Assembly: GCA_021811565.1 (NCBI GenBank)
Contig: JAJZOL010000238.1
Span: 5,257 to 69,256 of the forward strand
Direction: 5' to 3'
DNA: 64,000 nucleotides
Source of the DNA: a bacterium
GTDB taxonomy: Bacteria > Armatimonadota > Chthonomonadetes > Chthonomonadales > CAJBBX01
In this document: positions 38,815 to 48,413 of the stretch, piece by piece
How the letters are laid out: every line of letters begins with the position of its first letter
Position numbering within the stretch: position 1 is the first letter of the stretch
Program-made: the position numbers and the translations under genes
The notes under the pieces: generated by a model
Databases searched by the model: none
The model's input: the letters and a program-made list of their open reading frames with translations, nothing else
Told to the model about the DNA's origin: nothing

Positions 38815-41800
38815 TTAAACGAGATTATGATCGGTGGCTTGTTCAACCCAGACGAAATTGTCACCGGTGAATTTTTTTATGTTCATGATCAATTCATCAT
38901 GATACTTCACACTATAGCCGCTTAGCACCTTTCTTTCAATTCCTTGATCTTTTACGTGCAAAATCACCGAATCATCGCCTTCGTCTTTGGCGAGTAGTTT
39001 TCGTAAGTTCATCGCTTTGCTTATCATTTCAGAATTTAATCGGATGTGAATCTCATGATGAGGTGATGGCTGAGTATCCTCCGCATCCAGAGGGGTAATG
39101 GAGTCTGCGTGAATCTCAATGGTCCTCCCGTCATTCTCCTCGTCTCTCACCGAGGCTTGCTCGGATATTTTACCCGTAACAAATACAATCGAATCCTTAA
39201 TGATATTATCCTTGCATTCCTCGTAAGTTGATGGGAACACGGTGACCGATACGGAGCCTGTCATGTCCTCCAATGTTAAATACGCCATCAATTTGCCCGT
39301 TTTTTTCGATCGATGAGGACGAATATTGCTTAACAGCCCCGCTATTGTGACTGACGCGCCGTTGTTCTTTTTGGATAATTTTTCTATCGTGTCCCGAGTT
39401 TTCATCTTAATTTGACGAATATACCTGTTTAACGGATGTTCGGAAAGATAAAGTCCAAGCAATGTGCGTTCATATTGGAGTATCTCAGCGGTGGTGTAAT
39501 CCTGAATAGTTGGGATTGTTAGTTGATGAGCGTCCTTGACGATTACATTCACGCTATCACCTCCGAATAGATCGCCTTGCCCAGATTCGCGATCCCTGTT
39601 CATCTTTGATGATATGGATATAGCGTGATCCAATACCTCGATTAAAGCTTTGCGATTGGAGTGTATTCCTTGAAACGCACCTGACTGGATAAGCGCTTCG
39701 ATTGTGGACTTGGATATGGCGCCTTCCTTTGACGTGCGGATACAAAAATCAAGCAGCGATGTGAAATTACCGCCTTCGCGTCTTGCGTTAAGAATCACAT
39801 CCACTGCGGATTTGCCGACGTTCTTGATCGCCGCCAAGCCAAAACGAATCGCGTCGTTTTCCGAACTGAAATCCGCATCGGAAAGGTTGATATCAGGAGG
39901 GAGGAGAGTCAGTTTCATGCGGGAGCACTCCTCCATGCAGGTGGCGATTTTGTCTGGTTTCTGTATGTAACACGCCAGTAGTCCTGCCATATATTCCACC
40001 GGATAGTTCGCCTTGAGATAGGCGGTCTGATATGCGACGTTGGCGTAGCAGACCGCATGCGCCTTGTTGAACGCATACCCCGCGAATGGCTCAATCTGAT
40101 CGAATATCTCCCCGGCGGTCTTCTCGTCAACTCCTTTCGCTTTCGCTCCAGCAAGGAAATTTTCCCTCTGTTTGGCCATCTCCTCCTTTTTCTTCTTACC
40201 CATGGCTCTACGCAGGATATCCGCAGCTCCCAATGTGTATCCGGCGATGACTTGAGCGATCCTCATAACCTGATCCTGGTATACGATCACGCCATAGGTT
40301 TCCTTTAACACCGGCTCCAACCAAGGATGAAGGTACTTGATTTTTTCCAGTCCATGTTTTGCGCGAATGAATGTTGGAATATGCGCCATTGGCCCCGGAC
40401 GGTACAAAGCCACCATGGCTGCGAGATCTCTTACGGAGGTTGGTTTCAGTTCAGTTATGTTTCTGCGCATTCCCGAACTTTCCAGTTGAAACACTCCGGT
40501 GGTCTCACCTCTACCTAACAATTCGAAAGTCTTTGCGTCATCCATCGGAATCTCGTTGACATTGATCTTGACGCCTTGGGATTTCCGTATGTTTTCGATG
40601 GTTCGTCCGAGAATGGCCAAATTGATAAGTCCAAGAAAATCCATCTTTAGCAATCCGAGTTTTTCGAGATTGGAGGCTGAATATTGTGTTACAAGACCGC
40701 CATTTTGCGATGAACGATGTAACGGAGTGTATTCCACAAGTGGATCGTGAGAGATAACCACTCCCGCAGCATGAACGGATGAATGCCTGGATATCCCCTC
40801 CAGTCTCATTGCGGTGTCCACCAATTCCCGAACCTGCTCGTTTTGAACATATAGATCCTTGAAATCCGTGTTGATTTCCATCGCTTCTTTGATCGTGATG
40901 TGCAGGGGTAAGCTTGGAACCATGCTTGAAATATTGTTCGCATCCTGAACGGACATGCCGAGCACCCTGGCGGCGTCTTTCAAAACGGCTTTGGCGGCGA
41001 GGGTTCCGAAAGTTACGATCTGCGCCACGTGATCCTCGCCGTATTTGTTCGTAACGTAATCGATCACTTCCGAACGTCTTGAATCCTCGAAATCCATATC
41101 GATATCAGGCATCTGAATTCGCTCGGGATTAAGAAACCTCTCGAATGTTAGCTCGTAATCCACTGGATCTATGTCCGTGATATCCACGCAGAAGGAAGTC
41201 AGCGAACCGGCGGCGGAGCCGCGCACACCGAAATATATCCCTTTGCGACGGGCGAACATGGCGAAGTCTCGAACGATGAGAAAATATTGCGCGAAGCCTG
41301 TTTGGTGAATGATATCCATTTCATAATCCAACCGTTCGCTGTATGTATCGGTGATTTTTCCAATCTTTCTTTTTAAACCTTCCTCGGCTAATTCACGCAA
41401 GTAGGATTGAGCGGTGTGGTTGTCTGGGATATCCGGCGCGGGCATCGGGGCGCGTCCGGTTTCTATGTTTAGATTGCAGAGTTCCGCAATTTTTACAGTG
41501 TTATCAAGTGCTTCGGGATACTGCTGAAAAAGCTCCAGCATTTCATCCCTGGACTTCATGTAAAACTCCTGCGCATCGTATTTCAACCTATTCTGATCGG
41601 TGACGTTCGCACCAGTTCCAATGCAAAGCAGGACATCATGCGCGTAGGCATCCTCTTTGTGAAGATAGTGGATGTCGTTGGTGCAGATTATTCCCAGTTT
41701 GAGGTCCTTGGCAATGGAGAGCAAACCCTCGTTCGCTTTTTTCTGTTCTTCCAGATGGTGGTTTTGCAGTTCAATAAAGAAATTATCCGCCCCGAATATT

Positions 41801-42297
41801 TCGCGGTATTCTCCGGCGATTTGAAGCGCTTTTTTGTAATCTTCCTTCAGTAACGCAACGCAAACTTCGCTTCCAATGCAGGCTGTGGTGGCGATAAGCC
41901 CTTCATGATATTGCCTGATCAGATCGTGGTCGATGCGAGGCTTGTAATAGAAACCTTCCACGGATGCGTAGGTCGCAAGCTTCAGGAGGTTTTTATATCC
42001 GGTTTCGTTTTTGGCGAGAAGAATCAAATGATAAGCGTTTTTTTCAGTTCTAGGCGTTTTATCACGGTAACTACCTGAAGTGACATACGCCTCTATGCCA
42101 ACAATGGGCTTTATACCCGTCTGCTTGCATTTCTGATAGAAGTCGAAACTGCCAAACATGACGCCGTGATCCGTGAGAGCCAACGCCTCCATGTTTAGGT
42201 CCACCGCGCACTGGATCAGACGATCCATCCGTGCTGCGCCGTCCAAAAGGGAAAATTCGGAGTGAGTATGCAAATGTACAAAACCTGGACCAGACAT
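38815..42297 (-). CDS. dnaE: DNA polymerase III alpha subunit
   Basis: PHP domain HLHTHSEFSLLDG, GVRGSAAGS, PDIDMDF, KMDFLGL, YAFNKAHA, and an OB fold; no intein. Confidence 0.99.
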   Translation of the reverse strand: MSGPGFVHLHTHSEFSLLDGAARMDRLIQCAVDLNMEALALTDHGVMFGSFDFYQKCKQTGIKPIVGIEAYVTSGSYRDKTPRTEKNAYHLILLAKNETGYKNLLKLATYASVEGFYYKPRIDHDLIRQYHEGLIATTACIGSEVCVALLKEDYKKALQIAGEYREIFGADNFFIELQNHHLEEQKKANEGLLSIAKDLKLGIICTNDIHYLHKEDAYAHDVLLCIGTGANVTDQNRLKYDAQEFYMKSRDEMLELFQQYPEALDNTVKIAELCNLNIETGRAPMPAPDIPDNHTAQSYLRELAEEGLKRKIGKITDTYSERLDYEMDIIHQTGFAQYFLIVRDFAMFARRKGIYFGVRGSAAGSLTSFCVDITDIDPVDYELTFERFLNPERIQMPDIDMDFEDSRRSEVIDYVTNKYGEDHVAQIVTFGTLAAKAVLKDAARVLGMSVQDANNISSMVPSLPLHITIKEAMEINTDFKDLYVQNEQVRELVDTAMRLEGISRHSSVHAAGVVISHDPLVEYTPLHRSSQNGGLVTQYSASNLEKLGLLKMDFLGLINLAILGRTIENIRKSQGVKINVNEIPMDDAKTFELLGRGETTGVFQLESSGMRRNITELKPTSVRDLAAMVALYRPGPMAHIPTFIRAKHGLEKIKYLHPWLEPVLKETYGVIVYQDQVMRIAQVIAGYTLGAADILRRAMGKKKKEEMAKQRENFLAGAKAKGVDEKTAGEIFDQIEPFAGYAFNKAHAVCYANVAYQTAYLKANYPVEYMAGLLACYIQKPDKIATCMEECSRMKLTLLPPDINLSDADFSSENDAIRFGLAAIKNVGKSAVDVILNARREGGNFTSLLDFCIRTSKEGAISKSTIEALIQSGAFQGIHSNRKALIEVLDHAISISSKMNRDRESGQGDLFGGDSVNVIVKDAHQLTIPTIQDYTTAEILQYERTLLGLYLSEHPLNRYIRQIKMKTRDTIEKLSKKNNGASVTIAGLLSNIRPHRSKKTGKLMAYLTLEDMTGSVSVTVFPSTYEECKDNIIKDSIVFVTGKISEQASVRDEENDGRTIEIHADSITPLDAEDTQPSPHHEIHIRLNSEMISKAMNLRKLLAKDEGDDSVILHVKDQGIERKVLSGYSVKYHDELIMNIKKFTGDNFVWVEQATDHNLV

Positions 42298-42503
42298 ATG
42301 GTTACCCGCCTATCATTTGGGAAAATAATCGATTACTCTCGGCTTATCCAATGTTTCAATGTTTAAGGCGTAGCCGTATTTGGGATAGATATCGATGCAA
42401 TATATTGATAACAGTATTCTCAGCATTCCATATATAGTATATCTGTTTTCAAAAGGAATTCACCTTTCCAAAGTGCGAATTATATCCCATCACTCTATTT
42501 TGA

Positions 42504-43742
42504 ATGACAGGTATACTATTTTGCAATGTCGAAACCATGAATTTCCTTTTGAACAACATTCGAATAGCCTTTGACGCCATCCGTCAGAATTTCGTTCGAT
42601 CCATTTTGACGATTTTGGGAATTGTCATCGGGGTGGGTTCCGTTACGCTTTTGGTGGGTATCGGTCAAGGGGTCAAAGAGGACATCACACGCCAAATTAA
42701 CAGTCTTGGGGTGAATGTAGCGTTCATACTCCCTGGTAAAATGGATTCGCACGGTGAGCCGGGGCCGATGAACTCTCTCGGCATATCCACTCTCACTCAG
42801 CGTGACGTGAATTCATTGCGGAAATTGCCCTGTGTTCGACTGTGCGCTCCTGTCTCTTTTGTATTCGGTATGGTGAGCTATGATTACGCCACATATTCCA
42901 CATTCGTTATCGCCACCAATCCGGATCTCTTTACCATCATCAAGAAACCACTTAGCGAAGGTGTTTATTTCAACTCGAATGACGACAATAATCCTGTGTG
43001 TGTTCTGGCAAATGAACCCAAACAGAACATATTCGGTACAGGTAGCGCACTTGGAAAAAGCGTTCAGATCAAAAACAAATCGTTCAAGGTTGTTGGGACG
43101 CTCACCAAAGAGGAGCCTAGTCTGTTCGGCGCTGGGGGATTTGCGAATATGGTCTACATCCCATTGAAAGTAAGCATGCGCGTTTTTAAGGGAACTCAAA
43201 TCAATCGTATCATCATTGAGACTGATCCACGTATCAATCCTGATATATCACTGGACCTAGTGAAGCGCACTCTCCTTGCGAACCATCACAACCAGGATGA
43301 TTTCACTGTGTGGACACAAAAACAGTTAATGACGGCGATCTTCAAGGTATTTAATATCGTCACAGCCCTTTTAGCGGGTATCAGCTTGATCTCTTTAATT
43401 GTTGCCGGAATTGGGATTATGAACATCATGCTTGTAACCGTAACGGAGAGGACGAAGGAGATAGGAATCAGGAAAACCGTGGGGGCGAAAAACAGCGATA
43501 TATTCCTGCAGTTTCTCACGGAGGCATCCATGCTGTCCTTATTGGGTGGCGCCATTGGAGTTGGATTGGCTGAGATCATATGCAGTATTATATCGATGCA
43601 TACTGTGTTGCATCCCGTTATCACCGTTGGAATCGTGGCGATGGCGTTTGGTGTCTGTTTTCTTACAGGTATTGTGTTCGGCGTGGGACCAGCCATTCGT
43701 GCATCTCGTCAGGAACCGATCCAGGCGTTGCGATGGGAATAA
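42504..43742 (+). CDS. MacB/FtsX-family ABC transporter permease
   Basis: RSILTILGIVIGV, periplasmic core, AGIGIMNIMLVTVTERTKEIGIRKTVGA, GVGPA.RASR.EPI.ALR.E. Likely start is 42537. Confidence 0.93.
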   Translation: MTGILFCNVETMNFLLNNIRIAFDAIRQNFVRSILTILGIVIGVGSVTLLVGIGQGVKEDITRQINSLGVNVAFILPGKMDSHGEPGPMNSLGISTLTQRDVNSLRKLPCVRLCAPVSFVFGMVSYDYATYSTFVIATNPDLFTIIKKPLSEGVYFNSNDDNNPVCVLANEPKQNIFGTGSALGKSVQIKNKSFKVVGTLTKEEPSLFGAGGFANMVYIPLKVSMRVFKGTQINRIIIETDPRINPDISLDLVKRTLLANHHNQDDFTVWTQKQLMTAIFKVFNIVTALLAGISLISLIVAGIGIMNIMLVTVTERTKEIGIRKTVGAKNSDIFLQFLTEASMLSLLGGAIGVGLAEIICSIISMHTVLHPVITVGIVAMAFGVCFLTGIVFGVGPAIRASRQEPIQALRWE

Positions 43743-43778
43743 ACAGACTCCCGTCCTATGACTGGAGAGTCTGTTTAT
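43739..43778. terminator. Hairpin between convergent genes (likely bidirectional terminator)
   Basis: ATAAACAGACTC / GAGTCTGTTTAT perfect 12-bp outer stem plus an inner GTC-CTAT-GAC stem. Confidence 0.7.
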
Positions 43779-43801
43779 CATGCGACTGGATATTCGTTTT
43801 C

Positions 43802-45370
43802 TTATGATTTGGTCAAATTGGCTTTATCCGCCGCCGCCGCGTTTTTACGTGCGAGTTCCGCTTCCCGCTTCATCTCCTCGACCGTTTTTGTATGCAGACG
43901 AGCGGCTCCTTCGGTTTTCCTTAACGTTACTCGTGTTCCATCCTCAAGTGCAGTCACCAGTCTTTTTTTCGCACGGGGAATCTCATTCTCGTATTGGGGA
44001 AGCCATTGGACTTGCTCAACGAGCATTTCGTCAGCCATTTGCCACACATCTTCCGGATTGCATACCGCTCCAGTCAAGGGATCGTGGAGCATCGCCTGTT
44101 TTAATAGGGTGACGTCTCCGTGAACGGCGGCTTCCATTGCCATCTGTTGCACTCGAACGCTGGCGGAGCAGGTCGCGGCGCAAGCGAGCGGCAGGTCTCC
44201 CACGACTGGCGTGTTAACACCCGTCTTATCCACATAGCAAGGGATTTCCACGACGCATCCGTCAGGCAAATTGGTGATGTGTCCAATGTTGACAACATTG
44301 AAATGACCGCGGTAGGTTCGTCCGGTTTCCAAAGCTTCGACAATGTAACTTCCGTGCTCCTCGCTTCGTTTTTCTTCTGCGAAAATTCGCGGCTCCTCTT
44401 TCATCCAGTTCGGAAAATCCGTCTCAAACCAGTTGCGCCCCTCCGTGCATACACGAAGGTATCCGCCAGTCTCTCCATTAATCCAGCTTCCGAGATCAAT
44501 CCATTTGTTTATCTCTTCAGTTCGCTTGCGATACCAGGGCAAGTATTCGCTAAGGTGCCCGTTGCTCTCGGTGCTGTAATATCCGAAACGGTTTAGAACA
44601 TCGATGCGCACCTTTTCCGTGCGTGAAAATTCCGGATGCGCAGCGAAAAGTTCAGGTAGTTTCGCGAGCATGTCCCGTCCTCGCCAAGACACCTTGATAA
44701 ACCAAGTTTGATGATTTAACCCTGCGGCGATAACATCAACCTCTTTTCGGTGCATTTTGTAATCTTCAGGTATCAATCCCTCCCGTTTCGCCCATCTGGA
44801 AATGCAATCGGTTATTTGCCAGTGAGCACCCTGCACTCCATGGCATAACCCGATGGTGTTCACACCTCCATATAAATTGCACGCCCATGTATTCATCGCC
44901 ATTGGATTTGAGTAATTTAGGAAGAGAGCGTTTGGTTTCGCCACCTCCCGGATATCCTTGCAAAATTCGAGTAGAGCCGGGATCGTGCGTTGAGCGTACA
45001 TGATCCCACCCACGCATAAGGTATCACCGACGCATTGATCCACTCCATACTTGAGAGGGATGTCGATATCCAATTGAAAGGCATCCAAACCGCCCTGCCG
45101 GATCGTGGAGATGATATAATCCGCATCGGAAATCGCTTTTCGACAATCCATAGTGGATTCGATAGTTGCTGGACTTTTGTTCGCTTGCACATCCCTTTCA
45201 CAGAGTTGAGTGACCATCTCCAAATTGCGTTCGGCTATGTCTGTCAGAGCAAAATGAGTGTTAGAGAGCTCCGGAACGGATAAAATGTCACCAATGAGGG
45301 TTCTTGTGAACCCGATTGAACCCGCCCCCACCATCGCGATTTTAATAGCCATGAAAAATTCCTCCTTCAA
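43802..45370 (-). CDS. melA: GH4 NAD+/Mn2+-dependent alpha-galactosidase (MelA-like)
   Basis: KIAMVGAGSIGF, IRQGG, QCVGDTLCVGG, LNYSNPMA, GLCHGV, AGLNH, TESNGHLSEY, HDPLT. Likely start is ATG 45352. Confidence 0.88.
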   Translation of the reverse strand: MKEEFFMAIKIAMVGAGSIGFTRTLIGDILSVPELSNTHFALTDIAERNLEMVTQLCERDVQANKSPATIESTMDCRKAISDADYIISTIRQGGLDAFQLDIDIPLKYGVDQCVGDTLCVGGIMYAQRTIPALLEFCKDIREVAKPNALFLNYSNPMAMNTWACNLYGGVNTIGLCHGVQGAHWQITDCISRWAKREGLIPEDYKMHRKEVDVIAAGLNHQTWFIKVSWRGRDMLAKLPELFAAHPEFSRTEKVRIDVLNRFGYYSTESNGHLSEYLPWYRKRTEEINKWIDLGSWINGETGGYLRVCTEGRNWFETDFPNWMKEEPRIFAEEKRSEEHGSYIVEALETGRTYRGHFNVVNIGHITNLPDGCVVEIPCYVDKTGVNTPVVGDLPLACAATCSASVRVQQMAMEAAVHGDVTLLKQAMLHDPLTGAVCNPEDVWQMADEMLVEQVQWLPQYENEIPRAKKRLVTALEDGTRVTLRKTEGAARLHTKTVEEMKREAELARKNAAAADKANLTKS

Positions 45371-45419
45371 ATGGTTTGTTCCGTGATATGTTAATCATAA
45401 GAGTCGCATCTTTGCACCG

Positions 45420-45459
45420 TAGGGAAAATACAGGTATTTTAGGGAAAATACAGGTATTT
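45420..45459. repeat. Perfect 20-bp tandem duplication (TAGGGAAAATACAGGTATTT x2), each unit containing the palindrome AAATAC-AG-GTATTT
   Basis: Read directly from the sequence; lies in the intergenic region between divergent genes. Confidence 0.95.
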
Positions 45460-45506
45460 ATAGTAAAGTTAAGTGGCTAAAAATCTCAAAAAAGGGTTCT
45501 CTCGAC

Positions 45507-46478
45507 ATGAAACGTTCAATTCCCATTTTACTTCTTATCTTAGCGGTTTGCTTCTCGGCGTATGCAAAGAAATATAATCATAAGCCAATGGCTATGAAAA
45601 AAACGATTCCGTTGGGGGTTGATGTCAGCTTGCATGGCAGACGACCGTTTCCTCCAAACAATCCTTGGAACGAGGACATCTCCAAATTACCGGTTGATCC
45701 GCACTCCGGAGCGTATATTCGGAGCATTGGATGGAACAAAGGGTTGCATCCGGATTTCGGTACGGTTTGGGGAGGTGCGCCTAATGGAATCCCATACATG
45801 GTTGTTTCCGGAAAACAGCCGAAGGTGCCCGTCACATTCACCTATGCGGATGAGAGCGACCCCGGCCCTTATCCGATTCCGCATAATGCGCCGATAGAGG
45901 GAGGACCTGCATCCACCGGTGACCGGCATGTAATCATTATCGATAGGGACCATTGGATGCTCTACGAGCTTTTCGGCGCTTATCCTTTGGATGGGGGGAA
46001 ATCCTGGAAAGCCGGTTCGGGCGCCATATTCAACCTGAATTCCAATAAGCTTCGTCCCGATGGTTGGACCTCAGCCGATGCCGCTGGTTTGCCGATTTTC
46101 CCCGGGTTGGTGCGTTATGATGAAGTAGTGGAAAATCATGCGATCGACCATGCATTGCGTTTCACATGCAATAAAACCCAACGAGGCTATATACACCCCG
46201 CGACACATTTTGCCAGCAGAAGCAACGATCCATTTCTGCCTCCAATGGGGATGAGGGTGCGTTTGAAAGCGTCTTTTGACATCTCCAAGTTTCCACCTCA
46301 GGCTAGGGTTATTTTAACCGCACTCAAGAAATACGGGATGATCCTTGCGGACAACGGTGGCGATTGGTTTATTAGCGGCGCCCCGGATCCCCGATGGAGC
46401 GACGAGGAACTATCCACACTGAAACAGGTGAAAGGCAGCGACTTGGAAGTGGTGCGAACGGGATCCATTCACCATTGA
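45507..46478 (+). CDS. Conserved exported protein of unknown function
   Basis: Signal peptide; motif-rich body (GDRHV, WTSADAAGLPIFPGLVRYDEV, IDHALRF, KKYGMILADNG) that I recall as a widespread uncharacterised family. Confidence 0.75.
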   Translation: MKRSIPILLLILAVCFSAYAKKYNHKPMAMKKTIPLGVDVSLHGRRPFPPNNPWNEDISKLPVDPHSGAYIRSIGWNKGLHPDFGTVWGGAPNGIPYMVVSGKQPKVPVTFTYADESDPGPYPIPHNAPIEGGPASTGDRHVIIIDRDHWMLYELFGAYPLDGGKSWKAGSGAIFNLNSNKLRPDGWTSADAAGLPIFPGLVRYDEVVENHAIDHALRFTCNKTQRGYIHPATHFASRSNDPFLPPMGMRVRLKASFDISKFPPQARVILTALKKYGMILADNGGDWFISGAPDPRWSDEELSTLKQVKGSDLEVVRTGSIHH

Positions 46479-46621
46479 ACTTTTCGAGTGAAAGCATTCT
46501 GTAGACCCTAACAATTTAACCGCAAGGAACCCTGTAAAAAAGATCGGGTGTTTTGATTTAGTCATCAAAAAAAATCGTCCCAATCCGTGTAAGATTATGG
46601 AACATTCCTTCAACGACCTTT

Positions 46622-46649
46622 TCAACGCTCTCATGTCGAGAGACGATTG
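46622..46649 (+). promoter_or_regulatory. Candidate sigma28/SigD promoter of flagellin 1
   Basis: TCAA-N16-GACGATTG versus consensus TAAA-N15/16-GCCGATAA; degenerate, but the spacing matches the flagellin 2 promoter. Confidence 0.35.
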
Positions 46650-46668
46650 ATATGGGAGCGCAAATCCT

Positions 46669-46724
46669 TCCGGCAGGAAGCCGGATATCTATCGAAGCGC
46701 AGAGCTTCTTAACTCATGGAGGAA
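46669..46724 (+). promoter_or_regulatory. CsrA-type sites in the flagellin 1 leader
   Basis: TCCGGC-AGGAA-GCCGGA hairpin with GGA in the loop, and a second GGA site in the SD (CATGGAGGAA). Confidence 0.65.
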
Positions 46725-46731
46725 TTGAAGA

Positions 46732-48192
46732 ATGTCACTGTACATCAACACCAACACGGATGCGATGGGAACACTTCGCAATTTGCAGAATACCAGCGAT
46801 GCCTTGTCCACGTCCATCCAAAGACTGTCATCGGGTTTGAGAATCAACAGCGCCAAGGATGATCCTGCGGGTTTGATCATCTCGGAAAACTTGAAATCCC
46901 AGATCAACGGGATGAACCAAGCCATCACCAACGCGCAGAACGCCAATAACGTAATCCAAACTGCGGATGGCGGCCTCTCCGAAGTCACCAGTCTGTTGCA
47001 ATCCATCAACCAGCTTGCGGTTGCCGCTGCCAACACTGGGGCAAACGACCCCACCGCAGTGCAAGCGGATCAGACCCAGATATCCTCGGCAATTCAAAGC
47101 ATCGATCGAATTGTCTCAGACACCCAATACGGATCAAAGAAATTGCTTGATGGCACATCCGGGGTGACTTCCGTTGTTACGAATACAACCGATCTTGGCG
47201 GGGTATCCATTGGAGGGACGTTTGCGGGTCAAGCGACTCAAGCGGGAAATGTGTCGGTAAGTGTGACAACCGCCGCGAGTTTTGCCACATCCGCCGGCGC
47301 GGCAACTTATGCATCCACCACTTCGCTTCTATCAACCGTTAATGGTGGAACGACAGGGACAGGAGGCACGATAGTAATTAACGGACAATCCATACAGGTC
47401 TCCTCCAGCGATTCCGTTCAAACCATGCTTGACAAGATCAACAATCTCAGTTCCACCACCGGTGTGAGTGCACAGTTCGTGAGTGGCGCCAGTGGAGGGC
47501 ACATAGAGTTGGACCAGACAAATTACGGATCAAACTTCAACATCAATTATTCGGAAAGCAGCACAATTCTTGGAGCCCAAACTTTTGTCGCCGGTGCGAA
47601 CGCAGTAGCCACAGTCACTGTGGGCGGGGTGTACACTACGTTTACAGGTGGTCAATCGACTGGCTCCTCAGGATTACAGCTAACGGACAGTTCAGGGAAC
47701 AGTATCCTCTTGACGGAGGCCGGGAATACGAAGTTGAACACCGCCGCGGCAGTCGTGGGTACGGTCTCTCAAGGGTCGCTCACCTTCCAGATCGGAGCGA
47801 ACGCGGGACAGAATGTATCCATCTCGATTGGCGATATGTCGACCACTAATCTGGGAAATACCGTGGTGAACGGTCAAACCCTGAATTCGATTGATGTCAC
47901 CACGGCACAAGGGGCTCAAAATGCGATCCAAATTGTCCAGCAGGCTCTCTCTCAGGTGTCTGTGCTTCGGGCTCAGTTGGGATCGTTCCAGGATAACACC
48001 CTGAACAGCACGATTAACGCATTGGGGATCACATCCGAAAACCTTACCGCTTCGCAGGCATCCATTGCAGACGCAAATGTGGCTCAGGAAGTGGTGAACA
48101 TGACTCAGAATAACATACTCCAGCAGGCGGGCATGTCTGTTTTGGCTCAGGCTAACCAGGAACCGCAGATGGTGCTGAAACTTCTGGGATAA
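46732..48192 (+). CDS. fliC: Flagellin 1
   Basis: INTN, RLSSGLRINSAKDDPAGL, QTADGGL, FQIGANAGQ, RAQLGSFQ, SIADANVAQE, LAQANQ.P..VL.LL. Confidence 0.97.
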   Translation: MSLYINTNTDAMGTLRNLQNTSDALSTSIQRLSSGLRINSAKDDPAGLIISENLKSQINGMNQAITNAQNANNVIQTADGGLSEVTSLLQSINQLAVAAANTGANDPTAVQADQTQISSAIQSIDRIVSDTQYGSKKLLDGTSGVTSVVTNTTDLGGVSIGGTFAGQATQAGNVSVSVTTAASFATSAGAATYASTTSLLSTVNGGTTGTGGTIVINGQSIQVSSSDSVQTMLDKINNLSSTTGVSAQFVSGASGGHIELDQTNYGSNFNINYSESSTILGAQTFVAGANAVATVTVGGVYTTFTGGQSTGSSGLQLTDSSGNSILLTEAGNTKLNTAAAVVGTVSQGSLTFQIGANAGQNVSISIGDMSTTNLGNTVVNGQTLNSIDVTTAQGAQNAIQIVQQALSQVSVLRAQLGSFQDNTLNSTINALGITSENLTASQASIADANVAQEVVNMTQNNILQQAGMSVLAQANQEPQMVLKLLG

Positions 48193-48213
48193 ATAGCATA
48201 TCCATTTGATTGC

Positions 48214-48256
48214 AAGGCGCCTGGGATTTTCCTATCCTGGGCGTCTTTTCCTTTTT
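48214..48256 (+). terminator. Intrinsic terminator after flagellin 1
   Basis: AAGGCGCCTGGGAT / ATCCTGGGCGTCTT 14-bp stem (3 G-U pairs) followed by TTCCTTTTT. Confidence 0.8.
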
Positions 48257-48263
48257 AAGACAT

Positions 48264-48292
48264 CTAAAGATACTTATGTGTTATGCCAATAA
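48264..48292 (+). promoter_or_regulatory. sigma28/SigD (FliA) promoter of flagellin 2
   Basis: CTAAAG...: TAAA-N16-GCCAATAA (7/8 match to GCCGATAA), directly after the flagellin 1 terminator. Confidence 0.75.
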
Positions 48293-48348
48293 TCTCTTCG
48301 AGTGTTCCAACAGAAACCGCGGTCTGTGTAACATCTCACAGTAACACA

Positions 48349-48406
48349 CCCATGCAGGATGCAGGGATGATGCGAAATACACGATTTCGCTTTTTTCACG
48401 GAGGAT
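48349..48406 (+). promoter_or_regulatory. CsrA-type sites plus a terminator-like hairpin in the flagellin 2 leader
   Basis: CCC(A)TGC-AGGAT-GCAGGG hairpin containing CAGGATG; GCGAAAT-5nt-ATTTCGC-TTTTTT; SD ACGGAGGAT. Confidence 0.6.
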
Positions 48407-48413
48407 AAATATC

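Noticed and set aside
38815-42297. Intein or split in dnaE
   Set aside because: Normal length (1160 aa), continuous motifs and no intein signatures.
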